DNA of 64,000 nucleotides from Paramecium tetraurelia (Eukaryota). Positions within the stretch are counted from its first letter, which is position 1. Each line of letters begins with the position of its first letter. A model generated the notes under the pieces. It was not told where the DNA came from. It did not search any database and was given only the letters and a program-made list of their open reading frames with translations. The stretch is from the NCBI GenBank assembly GCA_000165425.1, contig CT868407.1, positions 62,001-126,000 on the forward strand, read 5' to 3'. Shown piece by piece: positions 1-18,199 of the stretch. A program made the translations under genes and the position numbers.

Positions 1-1310
1 GCGTCTACAATAAACTTTCTGAAACTTGGTAATTTATAGGTGTATGTAGTTAATGATGAACTTATATAAGCGATGTTCATAGGTTCTCCTTTTTAATCCT
101 TGTAGAGATTGAAAAATTCTCCATGAGCATGTCCATATATTTATCCTCGAACAATTTAAGCATATCTTTCAACCAAAGCGTTAAATCTTCTAGCCCAAGG
201 AACAAGACAGCTTGATGTATATATATGAGCAGTAAAATAGACAGCTTAATCTTTTTATTCTGATTTCTTCAACTCTTATTCAGCCCAATCTAAGAATCCA
301 GTTGGATCTGTTGGGTCTTTAAGAAGATACCAATTGTCTGGATTACATATTTGTGAATCAAAGGCAATAACCTTAAGATTGTCAAACTCTTTAGCATAAA
401 ATCCATTTTCTTTGAAAAATTATGCAGTTTCATCTCCTAACCATTCTCTCCACATATTAGAAAACTCAACTCTTAAATTACTATCCTTATCAGTCATATA
501 ATCATATTAATTTACAGGAAATGCTTCATGATTTCCAATTTATGGAATGAATGTTATACCTAAATCGCCTTTAGTGAATATTTCTGTTATTCTTCTTGAA
601 TTCTTAATATTATATTCTCTTCCTTATTTCCAGATATCGTGTTGAACGCTGTCTCCTGTCCAAAATAAAAATGTTTTCTTATCTGGATTAATAACGTCAG
701 TTTTCAGGAAATTTACAAATTATTCAAAGGTTCTTTCTGGTAAATCACAAACTGCTGCACTTCCCCAATATCCTGCCTTTTGATCAGTATCTTTCGCCTT
801 AAATTCTTCTCTGCAGCACAATGGTTCATCACATTTGGGCAAAGTTCCTTCTTTATAGAGTAAATCTGTATGAATATCACTTACATGAATGATTTCAATA
901 GTATCAGTTCCATCAATTTCTGGCCATTATGTATTTTCTGGTTTATCTTTTAGAATATTTGAAATGTAATCTTCAAGTTTCAATTCTTCATACACTTTAG
1001 GACACCATTTAATTAATGGACAAATGAAATCTTCATCTAAAAATCTTGTTTAAATTCCTTCAAAAATAACAGGTGTCATTTCATGAATAGCTCCTTTGCA
1101 AACAGAATACTTTTCTATATTAGAATAAGCACAATATCCTTCAGCAATAAGTTCCAAAAACCAGACAATCGACTTATCCCAAAAATGTTCAACTTTTTGA
1201 ATTGTATGAACAAAATGATGGCATTATTTGCAAAAAAATTTCTCTTGCTATGTTAAACTAGAACTAAAGCCTATACTGCAAAGTATCAACAATATTATGT
1301 ATTTATTCAT
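1..1310 (-). CDS. Acid sphingomyelinase-like metallophosphoesterase with signal peptide and saposin-B domain (3' end runs off the window)
   Basis: Code-6 translation MNKYIILLILCSIGFSSSLTQQEKFFCKQCHHF..., then IIHVSDIHTD, CDEPLCCR, WTGDS, GNHE and GHAH metallophosphoesterase motifs, all in one frame. Confidence 0.9.
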
Positions 1311-1340
1311 TTTTATTATTTATATAATTACGTCATTTTA

Positions 1341-2409
<1,069 letters not shown>

Positions 2410-3323
2410 ATTAATTTATGAATTAATTTTTAATGTATTTGTTTCTTAGTATATTTTATTTATTCTAATATTAAATGGCAATAACCCTTGAAATTTAGAT
2501 ATATATTGTTTGAGATTATTTAAAAAAAAGGTAGAGTTAATCTTTTAATTGATATTCAATAATTAGAGTATAAACTAATTTTATAATGCTTCATACTTAG
2601 TAAAGTTCTTATTAAATTGAAATCATAAACTGAGAAAAATTGAAGAATTTGTTAACCATTGATTATAATTATTTAAAATCTTAGTTCCTTTTGTTGTTAA
2701 TTTGATTATGGAAACTAATTCTTAAAATAAGTCTCAGCATTTTGAAGTTTAAGGAATCAATCCTAAAATGCTGGTTAAAAATCTATAAAATTATATTTAT
2801 TATGGTATCTATTAAAATGTCTTGAATTATCTTGGAAAGTATCTGTTAAGCAATATGAATTTATAAAAATTTATCTTACACAGTAATTGATCTCAATTTA
2901 TTAGAAAATATTTAGGTTGGAAGAATTGATTAAACTTCTCTTAACTTCAGAATTATTTGACCAGAATTCTCTAATTATCTAAATAAAATTTTATAAAATT
3001 ATCCGAAACTATAAATATTTTTAATAATCAATAAGTTAATTCTATTATTTCAACGTAATGTAGAGAGTAATTTATTAAATTATGTGGTTCAATAACTCTC
3101 TAACAATAAAAGAGTTATTTCCCAAATAAGTTAAATCAAATAAGCATTCTTTTTGAATTTAATATAATATTGAAGGACAAATAATTTTTTTTTTATCTAA
3201 TACCTTTCATATTCCCAAAGTTCTGATAGAACTGAAATCCAATTTGAAGTTGTGATTTAAAAAAGTGAATATATAATATTTAAGGTTGAAATAATATTAG
3301 TAAATTATTATATAATATAAATA

Positions 3324-4808
3324 ATGAAGCCGAAGCCCCAAATTGAGACCAATAATGTCTTCGATATCTTGTAGAAGGCAAGTTAAAATCTGAAGACATA
3401 GAAATTGGATCTCATAAACTCTGTTAGAAACATGTCAACTAAGTCGAGTTCAAATGGCAATATATTTGGGAAGGAATTCTTAAAGCAACAATTTTGCAGG
3501 GAGAACCAACAAAAGAAGAAGCAGATGTCGAATCTGGAGTTAGTTGCAGCAATGTAGAAGTATAATTAATTGCTGCAACATAAGCGTGATACACCTACTA
3601 GAAATTATTCAAAAAGTCAATCGCTGTTAAATCAACTAGTCACAAAAGTAACTCCAAACTTAGAAATGAACATGTTTAAACAGACTTAACGATCTCCTAT
3701 GGCTACAGATGTAAGACCCAAAACCTCTGATTTGAAAGCCCCAACATCTGTGCAGCACAAAAGATAACAATCAATAGGTTCCAAAGATTAAAATTATAAA
3801 AAATTATACAATGCCATGTTGTAGAAACCAAAGAAAGCCTAATCACATTAAACCACTCCTCAACACTCTAGATAATTATCGCTGCAATAATCATAATAAT
3901 TATCAAATAGAGAATCAAAATTTTTTGAGAGCACAAAGTTTAATAAGGAGAACAAAGAAAATAGTCAATTTCAGTATTATTTGGGGAAGATCAGGTAAGT
4001 TTTCACTCGCCCCTTGAGAGACGATTATTTTAGTTGTATCTATAGGGAGCATTTTTTTTAAACTTATCAAGGAATTTATGTTGCTTCTTATCTCAGACCA
4101 GTTGACCCCAATGATGTGAAGAAAAAGGCAGTTTAACTAAGATAGAAGGATAAATATAAGAGTATTTGTAATTGTATTAACATTAGATAAAATCTCCTTA
4201 ATCTTTGATTTAGATGAAACATTGGTGCATTGTAATGAATCATTACTATAAAAATCTGACATTGTATTAAATATCTAGGTCAGTCCAAATGAAATAGTTA
4301 AGGCAGGAGTCAATATTCGCCCAGGAGCTATAGAATTGTTGGAATCCTTAGTTGATGATTTTGAAATCATAGTATTTACAGCTTCTCATTCATGCTACGC
4401 TTAACAAGTCTTAGATTATTTGGATCCAGAAAAGAAATTGATTTCTCATCGTCTTTTTAGAGATAATTGTATCATGACTACAGGAGGAATGTACACAAAG
4501 GATCTTAGAATTTTCGATAGGCAATTAAGTTAAATAGTGTTGATTGATAATGCTGCTTATAGCTATGCTTGGCAATTGGATAATGGAATACCTATTGTCC
4601 CATTTTACGATAATAAAGATGATAGAGAATTATGGGGTTTGCAAACCTATTTATCAGGAATGATCGGAGTGTCTGATGTCAGAGAATATAATAGGTAATA
4701 ATTAATGAATAAATTAATAGAGAGAAATTAAAATTAAATTAATTTTTTGATTCCCAAGGACCTGCAAGTGTATTTGAAAAACTGTTTTAATAGAAAATTG
4801 AAATATGA
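3324..4808 (+). CDS. CTD small phosphatase-like (FCP1/SCP, NIF domain) HAD phosphatase
   Basis: FDLDETLVH, RPG, IVFTAS, LFRDNC, KDLR and IDN motifs after a low-complexity N-terminus; two tiny introns. Confidence 0.92.
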
Positions 4809-4926
4809 TTTTAGTTAATCTTTATAAATTAAATTTCATGCATCCTCTTCAATTATTAAATATAGAGCTGCAGAGAGTACTTGATTAAGTTACATAATCA
4901 TTTATATTAAAAATAAGTAAATTATA

Positions 4927-6185
4927 ATGAAAAAATATACAAGCAATTAATAACTGAGAAAATCTAATGTGCCTTTAGGGAGATATAGGCTATTTAAGCA
5001 TACTGAAATAGACAGAGCAAATTTATTCGAAGGGTTGCCTTATGTTTAATTTGATGCATTTATAAGAAGAGGTAAGAATTATCAAAATTTATCAAGATAG
5101 GACTATGTAACATGTTGTCATTAGAGATTTATTAAAAATAATAATGGAGAAATGCAACTAGCTGAAAAACTTGCTGCTTGACAAATTTAGACTCAAAAAG
5201 ATCTTTTTATTGATGGATTTAATGGAACAACCTAAAAAAAAGGGAATGTTTAATTAAAGATTGGAAGACACTATAGTGCTAATAGATTATATAGGTTCTA
5301 TCATTTTATAGGAATTCAAAAAGAACCCTGAGTAGATTGGACTCAAGTAGTCCCCTATCAAGCATTTATAGGAGGCTAATCCGGAATATATAGATCCTCA
5401 TTATGAGGACAAAGTATATGATAAAAATGTGGATTTATTTAATGAGATGCTCCAATATCTGAGGGATCGAATTGAATTATATATGCTAATGATGAGGTAG
5501 GCTGGTCATAAGATATTGGATGATATATAATGCATGAGTTTTTTGAAGGATGTTACGGCATTACGTTACAACTTATTGTAATTAAGTGAGGACATCAGAG
5601 TCTTAGATGCTAATTCTGAGGAGAACTTAAAATTGATTAAGTTGACTCTTTAAAAATTTGAAACAGTCAGGGATAAAAGGATTGAAAAGTTGTCTCCAGA
5701 AAAGAAGAGTGAAGAATAAAAGATTGAAGATAAGAAACTCGAAGAGAAGAGAAAGAAAATTGATTATATAGAGAAAAATTTGATTGGGAAAACATTATCC
5801 AACATGGATGATTAGGCCGAATCTGAAGTTTAAGTATGTTGTCAATAATTTATTAAGAGAAAAAACGAGCATAAAGACTGAATGAACTGTTATAATAGAA
5901 ATTCAATTTTAATAAAAGTTCCATTGTTACTCGAGAATCCAAATTGATTTTAAACTAAGAGTATTAAATGATTATTAAATTAATAGCAAACTAGAATAAG
6001 AAAAAGTTTTGCTTTTAGAAAGCAGTCAGAAAGCTTCAAAAATTAAACATAATTTAGTTGATAATAGAAAGAGATTAGCACTTGAAAAATTAAAGGATCC
6101 AACTAAAGATCCATAATTACGTGGAGCATTGGAAATTATGACAAGGGTTCTAAATATTAATATACAGGATTAATTTTAAGAATGA
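4927..6185 (+). CDS. Hypothetical protein with charged/coiled-coil C-terminal half
   Basis: Continuous code-6 frame after removing three ~26-nt GT..AG introns; no recognisable domain. Confidence 0.65.
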
Positions 6186-6244
6186 AATAAATTATTATAT
6201 TGTTGATTTATATATATATATAAGAAGAAACAAAATAAAACAAA

Positions 6245-8727
<2,483 letters not shown>

Positions 8728-8844
8728 ATTATATTAATTAATGATTTTTTAATTGAAATTCAATTGGGCTTTATAATATGAATTAAGTTCAATATAACTA
8801 ATTTTATTTATTTAAATTAATGTTCTATTTACAATATAATTCAC

Positions 8845-9626
8845 TCACTTTTTCTATTCGGCAATAATAAATTTGTATAAGCCAGAAGAGATCCCAAAGA
8901 TGTCTGCTCCTAGGTCAGATTAAACTTAATTAATAATATCAATTATTACTTTGCCATCAATTATAGCTTCAATTGATCTTAATGCAAATGTTCCAAATCC
9001 TAATATACTTCCTATAATAATCATTCCTGGTAGTGTGTTTATTGACGTAGATTTTGTGAAAAAGAACTCTGCTGCAATTAAAATTCCAGAGTACCAAAAC
9101 ATTTATTTGAAATAAATCAAATGGTTAATTTCAATAGCATTTCTAAAATATAGGAAAAGATTGGCAATAACGATAAGCTGCATAAAATGAATCAATAAGA
9201 AATTTATTGAGTTTTCTACCAATTTATTAGTAATCATCGAATATAACAAAGTTTAAGAAATGATAATTAATATCAATTGCAATTTTGCTGTTTTTTGCTA
9301 ATATTTATGGATCAATATAATACATCTTTTTATTTAATATTCCTAGATCCAAAATAAAGTAAAATCACTGTTATACAAAGAAAAAGCATCAATAATAAAT
9401 CTGAATCAAGCAACATCTACAGTGGTAACAAAAAAGGAAGTTTTAAATAGATCAGAAAGCAACTTAGTACAATAACACTTTGCCATGCCAACCAAATCAA
9501 TAATATTTTTCTTAAGAATTTTAATTTTTCTGTAACATCCAGTGATGCTAACAATTTGATTTTTGATTATTAATCTACTACTTATGGAGTGGATTCCTTT
9601 TTTGTGTTTTTGTTTTTTTTATTCAT
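8845..9626 (-). CDS. Multi-pass membrane protein, divergent Bax inhibitor-1/TMBIM-like
   Basis: EKLKFLRKILLIWLAWQ resembles the TMBIM F-R-K-x-Y..Q entry to TM1; about 6-7 hydrophobic segments; one 26-nt intron. Confidence 0.6.
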
Positions 9627-10560
9627 AATTGGTAATTATCAAAAATAAATGAATTTTAATGAAATAAAAACAAATAAATCATTTTTCTAAAATCAATTTC
9701 CCAAATTCAGTTGTTGTTTTGAATTTGTTTCCTATAGTTATGCTTCGAAATGGAGACATGATATTTGTAATTTTTTCTTTGGAGTCGTTCTAATATACAA
9801 AATTGAAATTAACTTAATATGAATCCTTTGAGTAATTAATTTACATCAATCATTATTATATTAATTGTAAAAATCAATTATGAATTGAGATCACATTCAT
9901 CCAAAATAACTAGATTAGATTACTTAATTCCCTTCTAGATTTACTTAAGAATAAAATTTTTGTGTTAAAATGGTTTATTATTCAAATAATCTAAATTTTT
10001 ATCATTTAAAGGTTAATTTTTCTCAATGAATTATCAAAGTTAACAAAATTGTTGATGATGTTAAGTTAAAAAAGATAAAATTCTTATTAGTAATAAAAGT
10101 AATATGAAAATAAAATAATCTTAATCTAATTTTCCTCACTATCAATGCTGCTCCTTTAATAATATCATATTAATTCTAAAATATATCTTAAAGTTTATTT
10201 GAATTAGTAAAAGCAAACAGCTTAACTCTGTTTTTTTAGAAGTTAGGATACAAGAAGTGAGAATGACATATGTTTAAGTTAATACTTTCTTTAACATTTG
10301 ATTAAAATACCTTAATACTTAAGAAGATGTATTAGTTGAGTTTATCAGTAAAAAATATCTTTTTTCATTATCTTCTTTAATATGTATTGATTTATTACAG
10401 ATTTACCTTGCAAATTTATGGATTATTGTTTATCTTGTGAATAAAGAGAGATTATAATCGTATTTTGATTTAAAGAATATGGCATATATTTATAATTATA
10501 TTAATTTAATATAGCAAAAATCTTGGATGATTGAATTTTATTTTTTTATTTAATAAATAA

Positions 10561-13500
10561 ATGTCTTCCTACACAAGTAGATATAGACCATCCACTCTTG
10601 GTTCGAGCGGCATAAATTAGAATCAAGCAGCTACAACTTCATCTAGCTACCGAACATAAGTCACAACAACTACAACATCATCAAATTTGTCAGTACCACA
10701 AACGAACACTACAAGTACATTTGAGAGATCGGAAGGAAGAAGATCAAGTACTATTAAAGCTCCACCTGCTACAGCGTAAATAGTTATTTATATGAAGTGT
10801 TCAAATGGCACCACCATCAGGGGAGAGAAAATGGTTAGGAAAATACCCAGAAGTTGTTTGTTTCCTTTTAGCTTTGGAAAATGATCGTGTAATGAGAGAA
10901 AATGATGCTCTCATCAAAAGAATAAAGGAGTTGGAAAGTTAGAGTGAGGGAGGAGATGTTAGAGTAAGGGAATTGCAAGCAAAATTAGATTAAGCAAATA
11001 GAGATATAACGCAATACAAATCTGATATTGACAAACATTTAATAAGAATTAAGTAGTTGGAGACAGAGATCGCTGATTACAAGTCACGATTAGGGTAGGT
11101 TGATAATTCACTTGCTTAGAGATTAAAGGATGCTGAACGAAAGATCACAGATTATGAAAGAGACATAAATTAATGGAAGAGTAAATATTCAACAGATAAG
11201 TCATCATGGGATTCAGAAATGAAGAGACTACAAGATTTACTTTCTTAAAGGTAGAGAGAATTGGATGATTTGAAAAACAACTCAGGAAGGAATTTGGATG
11301 GATTATAAAAATAAATTAGAGATTATGAAGTTAGAATTAGGGATTATGAAAACAAATTTAATACATTACAATCAGAGATAGACAGATTGACTAAATTGTT
11401 AAATGAAAGAAATGCTGAAAATGATAAGTTAAAAAATGATTTAAAAAATAAGTTACTTGAATGTGATGATTGGAAGAATAAATATAATACTTTGCAGTAA
11501 TAGTTCACTTCTATGAAATCTCAATATGAAAGTAAAATTAATGATTTAAGTAACTAATTGCAGTAAAGGGATCGAGATCTAAATGATTGGAGAAACAAAT
11601 ATTCAACACTTGAGAATAAGTACAACAATCTAGGAAATCAATAAAACGGATCAGAATAGAAATTGAATTAATTAACTTAATTATCACAATAGCAAGTTAG
11701 AGAAATTGATAGATTAAATGGATTGTTGAGAGACAAAGATGCTTAAAACAATTCTCTTAAGGAGAAGTTGGCAAGAGCAGAGTAAGACAACAAAAACCTA
11801 CTAGATTAAATTAATCAATTGAATCAAATGATTAAGTAATTAAATAGAGAGATTGAGAAATTATAAGGAGATTTGAATGGCAGAATAAATGAAATTAATT
11901 ATTTGAATTAATAGCTTCAAAAATGCAATGACAATATTCGCAATTTAGAGGATTAAATCAATAAATTAAATGATGATATCATGAATAATAGGGATGAAAT
12001 TATGAGTTTGAAAAGTCAGAATGAATAATTGAATAATAAAATAAATGAATTAAACGATAGAGCAGGATAATAACAAGGAGATCTACATGCTGCTAATTCA
12101 GAAAGAGAAGAGAGAGAACTCACTATTAAATAAATTAAAGAGTAATTGGATCAGTTGTTAACTGATAAATAGATTTTGGAGTAGCAATTGAATGATTTGA
12201 AAAATGCACTTTAACAGAAGAATGATGATATCAGTAGATTGAATTAATAGAATAAGTAAAGATTGTAACAATTAATGGATTTGCAAAAGAAATGTACAGA
12301 GTTAGAGTACACCATCAGTGAATTAAGGGGAGTCGAATTGAAATGCAAATTATTAGAAGAAAAAATCAATGAATATCAAAAGTTGATTGATGATTTGAAG
12401 AGAAGAGTTGCTTAATAAGATTTGCAATTATTATAAGCATAAGCAAATGAGAAGAGACTTTAAGATTAAGATATTCTCATTTAGAATTAGGCTAAAGAAA
12501 TACAAAGACAAAATGATCAAATTACTTCTTTATTGAAGGAGAATGACTAATTGCAATAATAAATTTTATAATTGGAAAATGAAATCAATAAATTGAAATC
12601 CCTTGAGAATTACGTTGCTGATTTAGAGAAATAACTGTAGAACGCATAAGATGAATTAAACAAATTGAAATAATTGTTGGACTCAAGAACATAAGACTTA
12701 AATGATTGGAAACTAAAATATTAATAATTATAACCTTTAGAAGATTAATACAGAGTTTTAGAGGAGAGATTTAAGTAAGCTGAATAGAGAGTTTAATAAC
12801 TTTAGAATGATATTGAAAAATTGAATAAAATAATCCAATAAAATTAAATTGACATAGACACTCACAAATGGAATTTGAATCAATAGGAAATGACAATGAA
12901 AGTCAAGGATGATGCGTTGGAAGCCTTGAATGAAAGAATGAACAATTTAGTTCATGATTATGAGGAGGAGAGGAAGAAAACTCAGGATTATGAATAATTA
13001 TTGGCTCAACACTAATAAAACTTAGATAAATTGGCTTAAGCTCAAACATAAAATAATAATTTATAGAGTGATTTAAATAATGCCCTTAAGGATATCGAAT
13101 AATTGTAGAACGAGAATCATGACATGAGACAAGATTTACAAGAATTAGAAAGATAAATTTAAGAGTTCAAATAGAATGAAGCCAGATACAAAGATATTGA
13201 AAACAAATTTAATTAGCAATTAAAAGATATTGAAAGATTAAATGAACTATTGAGAGAAAAGACTCACTAATTTGATGAATTAAATTCATAGTTTGGAGCT
13301 TTGGACTTATAATTGTAACAAGCAAACTAAACTATTGATGACTTAAACAAAAGGTATAAATTAATGTGAATATTAGAATTGCTGAATTAGAACAGATGAA
13401 GAGAGAGCATGAGGTTTTGAAGTCCCAAACAGATCAGTTGGACAATCTGAATAAATAATATTCAGCTGATCTGGACAGATTAAATGCAATTGTAAATTAA

Positions 13501-13867
13501 AGATAGAAGGAATTAGAAGATTTACGTTAATTGATGTAGAAATTGGAAGAAAGAATAGCCTATTTGACTCCTTTTGAAGAGAAAGTATAAAAATTATTTA
13601 ATCCTTAGTTCCAAGTCCTGTCACCAAAGTATTAAGAATCACAAGAGATAGTTGAAAGATAGAAAGAGGACATCAACAAATATTAGGAACAATTAAAGAC
13701 TGTAGATGAGTTAAATAAAAAGTAAGAAATATTGATTTATATTTTTAAGAGTCTAAGATTGTATGATGATCTTGACAATGTAATTTACAGAATGTGAAGG
13801 ATTGAGAAGTTAATTGGAGGAGAAGGACAATCTAATTGCAAATCTTCAATAATAATAACACCAATGA
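10561..13867 (+). CDS. Large (~1070 aa) coiled-coil cortical/cytoskeletal protein
   Basis: Ser/Thr-rich head, then long heptad-rich E/Q/K/L/N sequence with recurrent EIxRLN and DWKxKY motifs; four tiny introns keep the frame. Confidence 0.85.
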
Positions 13868-13910
13868 TGAATAAGAAATAAATATATATAAATAAATATA
13901 TATAATAATA

Positions 13911-14914
13911 ATGATATTATCAAGAGGCTTATTCAAGTTGCCACTAAAACAAGTCTAATATTTTGGTAGAAGAAAGGATTACTATACGATTTTGGGAATC
14001 TCAAAGACTGCTACTTAAGAATAAATCAGAGAAGCCTACACAAAGAAAGCACAAAAGTACAGATTAATACAATATTAGACTCTATCCAAATGTAACCACA
14101 TCAGTGGCTATAAATGATACATAAGCCCAATAGGAGTTCTAGGATGTGGCTGAAGCCTTTGCAGTACTATCACAAATTCAAAGCAGAAATGCCTACGATC
14201 TTTTGAATAAAGAATAACCAGACTTATTGTATAGTGCAGAAATGGAAAGATACAAATAATCATTCTAAAGAAATGATGACGGTACATACAAAAGGCCAGG
14301 ATAAGTGGCATCAGATTATGCCAAAGAGAAGCAAGAATATTTAAAACAGGAGAGAAAGGTTTTTAATGTGGATGATTTGGGCAGATACAAAGGAGGTAAA
14401 ATATAGTGTGATCATCAAAGGCGTGCCAAGACCAAACAAAGGGTATGTTAGAGGAAACGCTCTGATGGGTGTTGGCTAATATCACAGACCATTATATCAC
14501 AATATGAAACAAAACCCATTTGAAACAGAGCATCGTATCACTTCTGAGGATGCCTAATATTTCAGAGTTTGGTCTACTGAAGAGAGGACATTTAAAGAAT
14601 GGTCCTATTTGCATTAAAATGCCGTAGTCGACTACGAATACTTTAAAGTATGATAGCCTAATATTATTAAGTTTAATGACTATAGAATTTTCTTTAGATG
14701 GGTAAGAAATTTCTTCTTGGTGTTTTTGGCATTCCCTTACTTCTTCTAATCATTATACAGAGGTCATTTGAGAGAAATAATTGACGAGATTAACGAAGAG
14801 ATGGCTGAAGGACTGCCTATAGTGGGAAGATAATTTGGCGATTTACAGGTTGTCGTAGGCAAGACAGGAACACTAAAATTGTAAGATGCACATGGAGGAC
14901 ATCATCATCATTGA
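13911..14914 (+). CDS. Mitochondrial J-domain-like membrane protein, probable ciliate complex I accessory subunit (NDUJ1-like)
   Basis: Presequence-like MILSRGLFKLPLK, DYYTILGISKTATQEQIREAY J-domain, one TM helix, C-terminal DAHGGHHHH; the resemblance to Tetrahymena NDUJ1 is from memory, not a search. Confidence 0.7.
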
Positions 14915-14976
14915 TTTATGAAATAAAAAGAATAAAATACATAATGATCACAAATCCGTTTTAATTATTAATTATA

Positions 14977-16196
14977 ATGTATAAAGTGATAATATTGTGC
15001 TCACTTGTTCTATTTGCAAGCAGCATGAGTGAAGGAGAGACACTCCTACAATCTCTGCAAAGCACTGAATTTGGAAAAACAATAATTTAAACTATTCAAG
15101 TTGAATTATAAGGAAATAGCAGTGTTGATAAAATTATTGATCTTCTAACTCAAATGAAAGATAGAATCAATGGTGAATAAGATGAGGAAAGATAGAAGTC
15201 AAGAGATCATACTTAATTTTGTGATGATAAATATGATGAAATATTGTTTGTTATTGATTCCTCCGAATATTAATTGGCTAAAGATTAATAAACGTTGCCA
15301 TTGTTCGTTTAAGAATAAAAAAACAAATAAAGATAATTGTTGGATAAATAAGAAATTGAAAATAGAAATAATTAACGTATTGCTGAATTGACTCAAGAAA
15401 GAGACATCACTAGAGTATTTATAATGCTTAATATTAGTAACAATATGAAGCAAGAAGAGATGAATTGACAAATATGGTTGGTGCTCTTCAAGAAGGAAAA
15501 AGAATCATTAGTAAATTAAGTACCAAAAAATGGGATCCCCTTGCTGGAACCTACTCATTCCTTGAGTTCTCTTAATTTATGTTTAATGAATTGGAAGCAC
15601 ATCAAAAATTATTGAAAAAACAATCAAATGGAATTGGCTTACTTTATGAATTGTTGTTGGAAACATCTTAGTAAACCATATCCCAAATTATCTATTAGAG
15701 ATCCAGGAATCCAAGCCAATTAACAAGGAGTTGCCAAGATTTAAGAAATTATTGATGAATTGATTGAAAGCGTTTTCGATTTGTTAAAATAAGAATTACT
15801 CACAGACAACGCAAGAGAATAAGATTATCAAAATTAAAAAGAAAGAATTGTTATCCAAAATAGAAGATTAGAAGCAACTATTGCAACATTTAAGGCTAGA
15901 GTCTTAATAATCAATTAAACCATCTTAGAGTTGAATAATGACATTAGATTTAACACAGAAGTAATAATAATCTATTGAAATTTCAAGAAATCAACCTTAT
16001 TGAGGAGATAAAAAGATGATTGGGAGAGAACATGCGTTGATTATCATAATGGTTATGTAGAAGCTACTAAAATCAGGTATATAATTATAAAATCATTTTC
16101 AGAACCCAATAGAGCGATATCTTAACAGAAGTTATCTAAGTGTTCAACAGAAACTATAACGACTTTCCAAGTTTAATTTAGAAGATATCAATATGA
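14977..16196 (+). CDS. Trichocyst matrix protein / granule lattice protein family precursor
   Basis: Signal peptide, LQSTEFGKTIIQTIQVELQG, acidic coiled-coils, SFLE motif, isolated Cys residues; typical TMP/GRL architecture. Confidence 0.8.
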
Positions 16197-16523
16197 TAAA
16201 TTTATTAAATTTAAAAATAATACAATTCTCAAATTAGGAAACTCTTAAAGACTTCGCTTTATACAAATTTATACATATAAATTTATAAATCTAAGAGTTA
16301 TCCTACATTTGCCAACACACTATTTCAAACCTTTTATTGTAATATTATAATTTTAATATGCAAAGTAAAAACAATTGGTTATAATTAAAATTTTTATATA
16401 TTATTATTTTTAATAATTTCTGATAAACCCTAATGTAAAAATTAAGAATTTTTATTTTTCTAATTTGGAATTTTCGTCATTTAAAACACACAATCTTACA
16501 TAGTAGTGTAATTAATTAATTAT

Positions 16524-18047
16524 ATGTGGAATATTGCTTTGGTGTTTCTCTGCTTGCTAATAATTGCAACCTATATCTTTATCATAAGACCTTTAATCCC
16601 TCTGTTGCTATTAAAAGCCAAATTAGGAGATAAAGCGATCTTCATGTTTTATCCACTCTTTGGTTTTATTGGATTGTTTATGAAATCAATCAAAACCAAG
16701 AATGATGCTATGGAAACAGTCAATGCAGCTCTTAGAAAGAATCCTAAGGCAAAGATCATACTATCAAATCTCCTTCATAAGCCTTGTATTATGCTTACTG
16801 GATCAGAATACTTGAAGGATGCATTGACAGAACATCAACATTATGAAAAGATGAACCCATTTATGATTGATTCATTCATATAAACAGGGTTAATTTTGAG
16901 TGAAGGAGATAGATGGAAAAGATAAAGAATGTTCTTAGGATAGGCCTTTACATTTGAAAAGTTGAAATCAAGAATTCAAATGATGAATTAAGTTGTTAAA
17001 GAAATTGTTGATAAAGATCCTAAAACGAATTTAAATGAATTCATGTCCAAGATAACTGGGGAGATAGTTATCAAAAGTTTCTTTGGTGAATTAGCAGAAG
17101 GCTTAAGATTAGAAGGAAAAGAAGCCTAAGTAGCCTTGATATAATTGACAACAGATATTAATTTAATTTAATTTGAGAATCCATTTGTCTTAATTAAATC
17201 TTTGATATTTAAGGAAAGGATGTGGGATGTATTGCCAACTAAGTAAGAAAAAGATATAGTAAGAAGAGTAAATGAGGTAAGAACTAAAGTGAAAGAGATC
17301 ATCTCAAGGAGAATTGAATAACTATAAGAAAACCCAATATAAGATGAAGATAAAATGGTATTCCTAGATTTATATGTTACTGAATACATAAAATAATAGA
17401 AATAATAACAATAATTAATAAATGTTAATGAGATATTACATCAATTCATCACACTATTTTTTGCTGGAACTGATACAACAGCAACTACTTGTGGAACATG
17501 CTTGTATTATTTAGCTCAATATCCAGAGATTTAAACTGAAATATTAGAAGAAATCTAAGAGGTTGCAGGATTAGATGAAATTAAAGAATAACATTTAAAT
17601 AAACTTGTTAAAATTAATGCTTTGGTTTAAGAAGTTCTAAGATTTAAGAATCCAGCCTTTGCTACTATTTTTAGAATAGTTAAAAATGATATGCAACTCT
17701 AAGATCTCAAGCTTAAGAAAGGATGGGCTGTTGTAGAAATGTTAAATGCGAGCAGCGTTTAAGAGAATTATTTTGAAAATGCTACTGAATTTAATTACAA
17801 AAGATGGTTGAACACAACCAATATTATTAAAAACGATAATGGCTTTATTTATATTCCTTTTTCAGCAGGATAAAGGAATTGCATAGGATAACATATGGCA
17901 ATGATGGAAGCAAAAGTCATCATAGCCCTTATTGTTAGAAAATATCAAATCATATTGAATCCTGAAGTGAAATAGATAAAATTTGGAATTAAGTTTCTAT
18001 AATGTGTCGAACCGGATAATTGTTTATTATTCGAGAAAAGATTATGA
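16524..18047 (+). CDS. Cytochrome P450
   Basis: N-terminal anchor, WKRQR, I-helix FAGTDTT, EVLR, heme motif PFSAGQRNCIG; intronless, 507 aa. Confidence 0.96.
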
Positions 18048-18199
18048 ATGTATCCATTATGTTAAAAATATAATAATATACATCTTATTTAGTAATATTA
18101 ATATCTTGAGATTTGATTTTAGTAAAAGGCATTCCCAAATATATCAGATCAATAATGTTAATAAGAGAAGTTTTAATATATTATATAAAAATTTATAAA

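Noticed and set aside
2708..2890. Short code-6 ORF (METNSQNKSQHFEV...) in the ETFA-phosphatase spacer
   Set aside because: Short, no motif, and expected by chance when only TGA terminates.
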